A stretch of DNA of 64,000 bases from the human T2T-CHM13v2.0 reference genome, Homo sapiens, in the NCBI RefSeq assembly GCF_009914755.1, contig NC_060926.1; one strand, 5' to 3'. A program made the position numbers and the translations under genes. The number at the start of each line of letters is the position of its first letter. The stretch's first letter is position 1. Below the pieces are notes generated by a model that had not been told where the DNA came from, searched no databases, and saw only the letters and a program-made list of their open reading frames with translations. Below are positions 1-11,921 of the stretch, one piece after another.

Positions 1-26
1 AAAAACAAAAAAAAACAAAACAAACA

Positions 27-771
27 GAAATAGCAACACCTGATAGCATGTCCCTTCAGAGACCCTGCCCCAGCCATGAGGTCAGTGGCCATACCTGGCG
101 TATGGAATACAAGTTCCATGAGGTCAGTGGCCACGCCTGGCATATAGAATATAAGTTCTTTGAGGTCAGTGGGCACACCTGGCATATGGAAGTGGCACAG
201 TAAACATGTGTTGACCTCAGGCTCCTCTCAGGGAGGATGCCTCTGGGTTCAGGTCACTGAGTTTTGCAGGGGAGGTGCATATTGTCCTTGAGTGCCGGGT
301 AAGGTTTGGGCACCTGGAGCACCAGGGGTCAGTGAGAGGGAGGCGAGAGGGCCTGGAACACAAGGCTCCAGGGAGGTGATGGCCACAGGGGAAGGGAAGA
401 AATGCTGATTGAGGACTGGGCCTTGAATTGGGGAAAGAATTGTTTTATTTGCCACCCATATGAGAAAGGAGGAGGGGAGAGGCCTGCAGGAAAGGAGAGT
501 CCACCTTGAGGATTTATTGCAAGGTGAGTGGCCCTATGTTCTCTGTAAATCACTACTACACACTTGGGACTGAGGCACATCGTTTTTAAGACATCTGCTG
601 ACTTGGACAATTATAGGGAGCCTTGAGGTCTTTTAGCAGGTGGGGTCTAACTGGCAGAAGCAACTGAGAGGCTCAAGGAGAGGAGAAGGCTTCTCCTCTG
701 CGCTGTGCCCAGCATGGCTGGGACAGGGTCCCTGAGCCCCCAGCGGACATGCTATCAGGTGTTGCTATTTC
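27..771. repeat. Inverted repeat pair (27-78 vs 713-771)
   Basis: gaaatagcaacacctgatagcatgtcc (27-53) is the exact reverse complement of 745-771; a further 23 bp match with 2 mismatches after an indel. Confidence 0.9.
74..191. repeat. Tandem repeat, 42-bp unit, ~2.8 copies
   Basis: ccatgaggtcagtggcca.acctggc.tat.gaata.aagtt units start at 74, 116, 158. Confidence 0.9.
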
Positions 772-2469
772 AGAAGCCCTTGGGCTGCCTGGGTTCCTAA
801 GTGGGATCCACCTGGATACATGGGGTCTGGTACCTGGAGGATCCAGGCCTCTGATGAGAAGCTTTCATGACACATGCATTCTCAAATCTTAAAATGGGGC
901 AAGGGAAAGTTTCAGATCAGACAAGCTGGGCTGCAGCATGAAACCAAAAGAGATAGAGAGAGGCCCCAGGCTTAATGCCTGGTGGAGGCTCAGTCATGTC
1001 TGTTGAAACCTAGGATATTCATCTATGTAGGCAGATAGGAAACACAGGTGACCACCTTCCCAAACAAGCTGGGCACATGACAGAAGCAGAAAGCACCTTA
1101 TCCTCTCCAGCAAACCATTCTTCGGACCCATTCTGCCCCGCAGAAAAACCCCAGGCAGCTCCCATCCTTTTCTGACCACTCTCATGTAATAAAATATCTA
1201 GCCCCATGTGATGTCAAACCTCAAGCTCTGTTCCATTGAAAATGTCTCTGCCAAGCCCATTCAGGCTGGGGAAGCTGCAAGGGCAGAGAACTGTCTCCTT
1301 CTCTTACTTCTCTGTTCACCTTTTCTCCCCAGGCTGCTCCAGGGGTGGAGGAGACAGGAAGAAAGCAGAGGGAGGCCAGGAAGGGCTAGCTTGACCTTTT
1401 GCAGCTGTATCTGGCATTAGTGCCCTTGGACATGGCAGATTGCAGAGTTAGTTCTGCCCTAGGAGTCTGTGGTTGCTCTGAAGCCTCTCGAATTGCTGAG
1501 GCTTCAGTCAACAGACGTAGCTGCCTCCTTGGCCTGGCCACATAAGATCTCTCAGGCTCCCATCAGCCCTCACCTCACCCCTTCTGAGTCTGCTTCTGCA
1601 GGTTCTGTATCTGGCCCCCACGCCCATCCCTGCTCCCCTAAACCCTGGAGGCACAGGCTCTTCTAAGACAGCCCCTCTTTACCCAGCCACTCCCTCTCAC
1701 ACAGGGGCTTTTTCAAGGGTGGGTCGGTCAATCCGTTCCTGTGTTCCTCAAATTTCAGGGGATGCCTGACACATTCTTTGATATCCCCTACAGCCCATTG
1801 ATCACTTCCCTTCAGAGAAATCCTCACCATGTGCCCCATGCCCCTTCAGTCTCCCAAAGAGTTGGAGGTGGGTGATAGACTGAGGATGGCATGATTGATT
1901 TCACAGACCCTTACTCAAGTAGCACAGTGGTCCTGCATCCCAACTTAGGAAACAGTGTGTTTGGCACCTTCTGAATTGCTCTAGGACTTTAGGGGCTCTG
2001 CCCAGACAACAGGAAGAGTTACTTTTATCCTTCTATTTCATGAACATCATAAAAGGCAAGGAGGTGTAAAAAAGTGAGGGCAGGAGAGTTAGGCAAGTCC
2101 AGGAGAGAGTTCAGAGCAGGACAGGAGTCAATAGAAGTTGTTGAGAAGGAAGAGGGGCCAATGGGAGCCGTAGAGAGGACACTAAGCTGATATTTACATG
2201 GCACTTTGGCCCTGCGAAGGGTCTCACATCATCTCATTGAGATATTCAAAAATACTGGGGGAAGGATATTATTCCCATTTTAGCAATGAGAAAACTGAAG
2301 CCCCCCACAGGGCAAATGATTCATAGTATAAATAGCAGAATTGGGATGTCAGCCAAGTCAATATATCACCCAATCACCTAGAAAGTTCCAACTGTTCTCT
2401 TACCTCCTTAAAAAATGTCTAGTTATTCAAGCAGTACTGGAATACATCCTTGAAGCAAAATATGTATAG

Positions 2470-2769
<300 letters not shown>

Positions 2770-3009
2770 TGTATAGACAACTTTAATAAGGCTAAAGACC
2801 TTTAGACCGCCAATCCCCAAGCAGAGGTAACCTGGTAACCACTTATATGACTTTTTAATATCCTTATAAGCCTTTTCTTCTATATGTATTACATATGCAC
2901 ACACACATACACACATGCATATGTAGTTTCCCATAGAAAAATATAGTATTTGATTGGTATCTCACTGTTCTTACCTGTCAGCTTCTTAGTTTTTTCACTC
3001 AACATTATA

Positions 3010-3084
3010 TTAGGTTGGTGCAAAAGTAATTGCAGTTTTTTTTGCCATTAAAGTAATGCTGCAATTACTTATGCACCAACCTAA
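3010..3084. mobile_element. MADE1 MITE (Hsmar1-derived)
   Basis: TIRs ttaggttggtgcaaaagtaattgc / gcaattacttatgcaccaacctaa, TA on both flanks, ~75 bp. Confidence 0.92.
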
Positions 3085-3255
3085 TAATCCTGAAAAGCTT
3101 TGTGAATCTGTGTGGCTCCACCTCATTCTTCTTCATTCCTGTGTATCCTATAGTGTGGCTATTCCACAGCTTATTAGGACACTCTCTGATGATGGACAAT
3201 GAAATAGTTCCCAGTATTTCAAAGCACAATGTATTGTTTAAAGAACAGGAACATT

Positions 3256-3607
<352 letters not shown>

Positions 3608-4023
3608 TCAAGAGGGGCTTAGATGAGTCCTGCTTGATAATGAGAAGCAACCAAAGGTGGGAGGGTGGGGAATGCCCCCAAACCATCCCAAGATGGGGCT
3701 GGCTGGAATTCCCGAGAAAGAAGCACTAGCCAGGCAGTCTGAGTATGGGAGTTTATACGAAGATTTAAGGAATTTGGCTTAAGGCTGGGGCCAGTTTCTT
3801 TCAGTGTTTTAGGCAACAAGCTAGATACCTTCATCAGTGCCTGGAAATGTTCAAGGCCAAAGTTTGGGTTCAAGCCTGCTGGGAAAACCTGCAGCTGGCT
3901 GTGTCATAGAGCAGTCAAGGTGTGGCTGTGACTTTTGGCCAGGACATGGAAAGAAAGCAATGGGAACTGGGGGACCCTACATGATGTTCTGACCAATGTG
4001 TGAATTCATTGGCAGAAATCTGG

Positions 4024-4384
4024 TGTATTAGTCAGTCTTCATGCTGCTGATAAAGACATACCCAAGACTGGGTGATTTAGAAAGAAAAGGAAGTTTAATG
4101 GACTCATAGTTCCACGTGGCTGGGGAGGCTTCACAATCGTGGTGGAAGGTGAAAGGCAAGTCTTGCATGGCAGCTGGCAAGAGAGAATGAGAACCAAGTG
4201 AAAGGGGTTTCCTTGTATGAAACCATCAGATCTCGTGAAACTTATTCACTATCATAAGAACAGTACGGGGGAAACCACACCATGATTCAGTTATCTCCCA
4301 CCAGGCCCCTCCCACAACACATGGGAATTATGGGAGCTACAATTCAAGATGAGATTTGGGTGGGGACACAGGCAAACCATATCA
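4024..4384 (-). mobile_element. THE1-type MaLR solo LTR
   Basis: tgtattagtc...aaaccatatca termini (reverse of tgatatggtt...), 361 bp, 5-bp TSD tctgg/tttgg. Confidence 0.85.
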
Positions 4385-4870
4385 TTTGGCAAGCCTGGAT
4401 TATAGGCCTCTGGGAGATTCTGAATTCAAGGGGTGTGTCTGCCTTGTCAGTATTCAGGGAAATCTTTGACAATAGCTCTTAGATTAGGGCTCTATGGTAG
4501 AAGGCATGTCTGATTCACAAACGGTGGTTTTAAACATTATTATTGTGGTAAATACACATAACATGAAAGTTACCATCTTAACCAATTTTACATGTGCAGT
4601 TCAGTGGCCTTTAATGCATTCAAAATGTGCAAACACCACTAGCGTTCATCTCTGTAACTCTTTTCATCTTGTAAAAATGACACTCTACAGCCATTAAACA
4701 GTAACTCTCCTTTCCTGCCTCCCTCCAGTCCCTGGCCACCACCATTCTACTTTCCGTCACTACAATTTTGACTATTCTGAGTGCCTCATATAAGTGGAAT
4801 CATATAGGATTTGTCCTTTTGTGACTGGATCATTTCACTCAGCATAATGTCCTCAAGATTCATCCACGTT

Positions 4871-5615
4871 GGCCAGGCACAGTGGCTCATGCCTGTAATC
4901 CCAGCACTTTTGGAGGCCAGGGCAGGAGGATTGCTTGAGCCCAGGAATTTGAGACCAGCCTGGACTTGAATATAGTGAGACTCTGTCTCCATAAAAAATA
5001 AAAAAATAAGAATTAGCTGAGTATAGTGGTTGTCACGCGTGTCCGTGTGATGAGACCACCAAACAGGCTTTATGTGAGCAACAAGGCTATTTATTTCACC
5101 TGGGTGCAGGTGGGCTGAGTCCGAAAAGAGAGTCAGCAAAGAGTGGTGGGATTATCATTAGTTCTTATAGGTTTTGGGATAGGCAGTGGAGTTAGGAGCG
5201 CTGTTTTGCAGGCAGGGGATGGATCTCACAAAGTACATTCTCAAGGGTGGGGAGAATTACAAAGAACCTTCTTAAGGGTGGGGGAGATTACAAAGTACAT
5301 TGATCAGTTAGGGTGGGGCAGAAACAAATCACAGTGGTGGAATGTCATCAGTTAAGGCTATTTTCACTTCTTTTGTGGATCTTCAGATGCTTCAGGCCAT
5401 CTGGATGTATACATGCAGGTCACAGGGGATATGATGGCTTAGCTTGGGCTCAGAGGCCTGACCGTGGTGTGTGCTTGTAGTCCCAGCTACTTGGGTGGTT
5501 GAGGTAGGAGGATCGTTTGAGCCTGAGAAGTCAAGGCTGTAGTGAGCAGTGATTGCACCACTGCACTTCAGCCTAGGCAACAGAGCCATATCCTGTTAAA
5601 AATAAAGATAAAAAA
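4871..5615 (+). mobile_element. AluJ-like element split by an LTR7 insertion
   Basis: Left arm and linker 4871-5030; right arm resumes at 5464 (gtggtgtgtgcttgtagtcccagc). Confidence 0.85.
5031..5463 (-). mobile_element. HERV-H solo LTR (LTR7 family, probably LTR7B/type II)
   Basis: Reverse strand begins gtcaggcctctgagcccaagctaagccatcatatcccctgtgacctgc (LTR7 5' end); internal ~31-bp repeats; 5-bp TSD gtggt at 5026-5030 and 5464-5468. Confidence 0.88.
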
Positions 5616-6823
5616 AGATTCATCCATATTGTAGCATATGTCAGAATTTCCTTCCTTTTAAAGGCTGAATAATATTCAATTGCATGTCTATACCACATTT
5701 TGCTTATCTAGTCATCAGTCAGTGGACACTTGGGTTGCTTCCGTGTTTTAGTCATTGTGAATAATGCCGCTATGAATGTAGGAGTGCACATATCTCTTCA
5801 ACACCGTGCTTTCAATTCCTTTGGATAAATACACAGAGCTAGAATTGCTGGTTGACATGATCATTCTATTTTTAACATTTTGAGGAACCACTGTACTGTT
5901 TTCCACAGTAGCTGTGCCATTTTATATGCCTATCAATAATGTACAAGGGTTCCAATTTCTCCACACCCTCCCCAACATCTATTTTCTGCTTTTTTTAAAA
6001 AAAGAGTAGCCATCAACTGGGTGTGAGGTAGTATCTCATTGTAGTTTTGATGCACATTTTTCTAGTGATAAGTGGTGTTAAGCATCTTTTCATGTGCTTA
6101 TTGACCATTTGCATATCTTCCTTGGAGAAATGTTTATCCAAGTCCTTAGCTCATTACTGAGTTGGGTTGTTTTGTTGTTGTTGAGTCTTAGGCATCCTGT
6201 GTATATTCTGGATATCAATCCCTTATCAGATATATAATTTGCAAATATTTTCTCCCATTGCATAGATTGCCTTTTCATTCTATTGATAGTGTCTTTTGAT
6301 GCACAAAACTTTTAAATTTTCATGAAGTCCAATTTGTCTATTTTTTCCTTATTTCCTGTCTGTTAGTGTCATATTCAAGAAATCACTGCCAAATCCAATG
6401 TCATAAAACTTTTGCCCTATGCTTTCTCCTAAAAGTTTTAGAGTTTTTGGTCTTACATTTAGGTCTTTGATCCATTTCGAGTTCATTTTTGTATATGGCA
6501 TTAGGTAAGGGCCCAGCTTCGTTCGTTTGCATGAGATATTCAGTTTTCCCAGCATTATTTGTTGAAAAGACTGTCCTTTCCTCCATTGAATGGTCTTGCA
6601 CCCTTGCTGAAAACCATTTAACTATATATGAGAGGGTTTGTTTCTGGACTGTGTATCCTATTCTATTGGTCTATGTGTCTGTCTTTATGCCAGTACCACA
6701 GTGTTCTGACTACTATAGCTTCGTAGTAAGCTTTGAAATCAGTAAGTGTGAGTTCTCTAGCTTTGTTCTTTATTTCCAACATTGTTTTGGTTATTCGGCG
6801 TCGTCAATAAGATGTAATATTTA

Positions 6824-7056
<233 letters not shown>

Positions 7057-7646
7057 CTGTGCTACTTGGGCCAGGGGAATTTTATTCTTTTGTTTTAAGG
7101 CACCTCTCAAATGAGCAGTTTGAATGAAATTAAATGTTCCCCAAAGTGTGCATTGAATGCCAAAACATCCTTGGTGAAATTCTGCCATTTAGAGAGATAG
7201 AAGTTATGGTGGTCATGTGGATACCTGTAAGAAGCGGAGTTTTTTGCAGAGGGGGAGGTTAGATTGGGAAGACTCCTGGTTACTGCAGTTGAAAGTTACA
7301 GTCAGCTGAAGGTGTTTAGACAACTTAGTGTCTTGGGCCCCTGACCTAATGGTCAGCCCCTCAGAATTTAGACCCAACAGTCTTGAGTCCCTAGCAGGTG
7401 GAATGTGTCAGAAGGAATGTGCTCTCTGAATCCAAACAAGGCTCTCAGGACAAATAGCCAAGATGGGAAAATAATCTCATCAGGTGTTATTGGTCACCCA
7501 CAGCAAAGTTTGTTCTTAGAGGATGTTGGTCTGGAGGGAACTGCAAACTTTCTAGTCTGTAAGGCTGTCTCAAACAGCCAAATTATAGGAACTATGCCTG
7601 TGTTCTACTCTAAATTCTTCCTTCTCATAATTAAATAACACTTAAG

Positions 7647-8064
<418 letters not shown>

Positions 8065-8114
8065 TTACAAGTAAATAAAACAGCCACGGAACTCAGCACA
8101 AAGAGCATGGAGTT

Positions 8115-8461
<347 letters not shown>

Positions 8462-9042
8462 TTACTTGTCAGTGTGTGGTTCAAGGGGCCTTGGTGGGCT
8501 CCCACCTGATTAAGAGCCAAGGTCCACAGCGATGAGCAGGTCAGGTGGGATCCGAGTCATGGCACCAAGATTACAGTCAAAAATAAAACTAAACCCAAGG
8601 CAAAATTAGCAAAGACTACTTATTTATAAACTTGCATCCGCAAAGAAACATCTGCAGTCATTTTGGTTTCAGCAGGGGTTCAAAGGTATCTGAAAGAAGA
8701 GTAAGTTTCTTAGAGAAAAAAGAGGAAATACTAAGGCAGTCTCTGATTGGCAGGTGTTCTATTGGGATGGAGTTTTGAAAGTGAGGGAGACCCTAATTGA
8801 CCTTTCAAAACATTTGACAGTCTTTGATTGGTTCACTAGCCTTATTTACATGACTGGAAAAATTTCAGATTTTCTTGGTTTTTAGGAGGACTATTTAAAG
8901 AGATTTATCAACTCTGCAGGATGGGAGGTAAGAACGAGGGGCAGAATTCTGGCCATGGAGAGGCCAAGTAGGTCTCCCTTTGTGCAGCAATATATTGTTC
9001 TTAGTCCCAAGAGTGCAGTTTTTGGGACACAGTTTCCTACCA

Positions 9043-9098
9043 TGTGCAAAGCCACCATACTGGGGACTGTGCAAAGTCACCATACTGGGGACTGTGCA
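9043..9098. repeat. Tandem duplication, 25-bp unit, ~2.2 copies
   Basis: tgtgcaaag(c/t)caccatactggggac repeated. Confidence 0.88.
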
Positions 9099-9309
9099 GG
9101 CAGTTAGAGATGAATAAAACATGGGCTATACCCATTCCAGCAGAGGATGCAGCCCCAGTTGGCTGATTTTTGGATCCCCAACAAGGTGAAATAAGTTATG
9201 CAATGAAGCTATAAGCAAACTGCCAGAGAGAAAAGGAGTTAAGCCACTGTGACACAAAACTTAATTCAGTTCACGAGGGCCCTGGGGGAGTGACTGAAGT
9301 GGGTCTGGA

Positions 9310-10860
9310 TTTTATTCATCTATGCAGCAATTATTGAGCACTTACAGATACCAGGCTCTGTGCTAAGTGCTGGGGACACAGCAGTGAACTACATGGTCCT
9401 TGCCCTCCTGGAATTTACCATCGGACAGACAGGATAGACTTTATTTATTTGTATTTATTTATCTTATTTATTTATTTTAAAAGATGGGGGTCTTGCTCTG
9501 TCCCAGGCTGGAGTGAAGCAACACGATCATAGCTCACTGTAGCCCCGAACTCCTGGGCTCAAGCAATCCTCCTGCCTCAGCCTCCTGAGTAGCTGCGACC
9601 TCAGGCACACAACACCACGCCTGGCTAATTTTTGTATTTTTTGTAGAGATGGGGTCTTGCTATGTTGCCTGGGCTGATCTTGAACTCTTGGGCTCAAGCG
9701 ATCCTCCCACCTTGGCCTCCCAAAGTGCTAGGATTACAGGTGTGAGCCACCACACCTGGCAGGATAGACTTTACAGAAGCAATTAAAAGCACACTGAGTA
9801 TTGGAGGAGAAGTGCAGGGGGCCAGAGGAGCATGAGGTCAGGGCATCTCTTTCACTAGGCCAGAGAAGGCCCATTGTAGGAAGAAATATTTCAACTGAGA
9901 CCAGAAGGAGAATTAGGGAGGTCAAGAGGTGGGAAGGGTACTGACACAGTCTGAGAGTTCTGGGCAGAGGGAACAGCACACATTAGGGCTGCCAGGATGC
10001 AAAAAGGATGACATTTTTAAGAATATGATGGAGCCTCAGTGAGCCTGAGGTCAGAGAAGATGGGCCAAGTGGGACTTGAAGCTGGAGAGAGGAGGGAGCA
10101 CAGGGCCTTGTAAGTGACACTACAATGGCTGGACTTGATCTGCAGGGCAGTGGGAAGCTGGTGAGGGTTTTATACAAGGGTGTGACATCAGGTTTGCCCT
10201 TTGACAAGATTGTTCAGGCTGTTGTGTGTGAAAACGAAAAGACTGGAACAAGCGTGTGTAGACATGGAGCAGCTGGGCAGCTGTTCAGGGGAGCAGGGAC
10301 AGATGCCTGGGCCCATCTGGGGGCAGTGGAGATGGAGAACAGTGAGTGGTTTCATGAGCCACTTTTGTCATATCCGATGGGGCTACAAATGAGTCAGGGA
10401 AGATCATATGTTTGGTTCTTAACTCCTTGAGTTTGAGGTGCCTCTGAAACATCAAAGTGGAGACTTAGTCCATGAATGAGTTTATGGGGTTTGAAGCTTA
10501 GAAGAGAGGTCCGACTGGAAATTGAAATGGGGGAATGGTCAACATAGATTTTTAAGTAAACAATGGGGTGTATGTGGTCACCTTGAGAGACAGGTAGAAA
10601 GAGGAGGCTCCAGACGAACTTCAGCAGCAGAGAAGGAGCTGGCAAAGGAGGCCAAGAAGGAACTGCTGGAGAGAAGAAACCAGGAAACTGGAAGCCTGGA
10701 GGCCAAGGGCAAGTTGTCCAAGAGTAGGGGCCGAGGTTGGCTGTGAAATGCTGCTGAGATGGCAAGTAAGATGAGGTCTGAGGACCTCATTGTTTATTGG
10801 ATTGAACAAATTACTGACCTTCAAGCAATTCTAGTAGTGTGGTGGGAGCAGAAGCCACAT
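9310..10860 (-). mobile_element. L2 LINE fragment (with Alu inserted)
   Basis: L2 3' end signature (attattgagcacttac...tgtgctaagtgctggggacacagcagtgaac) and purine-rich L2 body; minus-strand peptide YVDHSPISISSRTSL is L2 RT-like. Confidence 0.75.
9440..9760 (-). mobile_element. Alu (AluJ-like)
   Basis: Antisense dimer, TSD aggatagactt. Confidence 0.9.
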
Positions 10861-11525
10861 TGAAGGGTAGGGACAAGTAAGCAGAAGGTGTTTTAGAAAG
10901 GTCACCCTGGTGATGGATGCTGACCCGGAAGGGATTGTACACAAATTCAGGTAAGAAATGTTAAGGTGCACAGAACTCAGAGTCTCAGGATGACTAAGGA
11001 AACATGGATCTCAAGGTCAACAGAGAGGAACAATTGGAAACTTGGTCTGAGCAGCTCTGTCTCAGAAGCAAAGAAGAAAGTGAGTAGGAGGTAGAAGGAG
11101 GCATCCAGGCTTCCCACAGAGACCACGCTGAGATTCCAGCCACTCTCTGGAGAGCCGTGTCCCTGGATGCTCCTCCTCCCACATACTCCTAGAAGGCCTC
11201 TGAGAGTCAGTTAAGGACCATACCCAACTGAACAAAAGTGATGCGGTGTTGTGTCTTGGGTTAAGAGACACAAGTTTTTGCTGCACAAAAACTGGATTGA
11301 AAATCTGGCTTTCCCACCCGCTCTCTGTGTGGCAAGTTTCTAAACATTTTTGTGGATTATAAGACAGAGTCTGTTTCAGAAAGATTGTACTATGAAAATA
11401 TGCAGGGATTAGAATGGAGAAGATGTGGAATTTGAAAATTCTGTTTCCTCAAGTTTTCTCTTTGGGTGCTAACCTTGCAGTTACAAACAAAGCCCTTACC
11501 GAATCCATGAAGGAAGAGAGGAACA

Positions 11526-11820
11526 GGGCATGGCGGCTCATGCCTGTAATCCTAACACTTTGGGAGGCTGAGGTGGGTGGATGGTTTGAGCACAGGAGTT
11601 CGAGATCAGTCTGGGCAACATGGTGAAACCCCGTCTCTATAAAAAATACAAAAATTAGCCTGGCATGGTAGCACACACCTGTGGTCCCAGGTACTTTGGA
11701 GGTTGAGGTGGGAGGATGGATTGAACCCAGGAGGCAGAGGTTGCAGTGAGCCAAGTGAGCCAAGATTGAGCCACTGCACCCTAGCCTGGGTGACAGAATG
11801 AGACCCTGTCTCAAAAAGAA
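11526..11820 (+). mobile_element. Alu (AluJ-like)
   Basis: Full dimer whose tail runs into a purine tract. Confidence 0.88.
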
Positions 11821-11921
11821 GAACGAGAAGGAGGAGGAGAAGGAGGAGAAGGAGGGGGAGGGGAGGGGGAGGGGAGGGGGAGGGGAGGGGGGGGAGGGGG
11901 AGGAGGGGAAGGAACAGGAGG
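11815..11921 (+). repeat. Polypurine (GGA)/(GGGGA)n tract
   Basis: gaaggaggaggagaagg...ggggaggggaggggagg, ~100 bp almost purely A/G. Confidence 0.9.

Larger units (their letters stand above)
4520..6800 (-). mobile_element. Old L1 (L1M-type) 3' fragment, interrupted by Alu and LTR
   Basis: Minus-strand peptides resemble the L1 ORF2 C-terminus (PYTKMNSKWIKDLNVRPKTLKLL; [19 protein letters not shown]; [11 protein letters not shown]). Confidence 0.88.

Noticed and set aside
8570-8990. Possible old LTR fragment
   Set aside because: Sequence texture is LTR-like but I cannot assign termini or family by eye.
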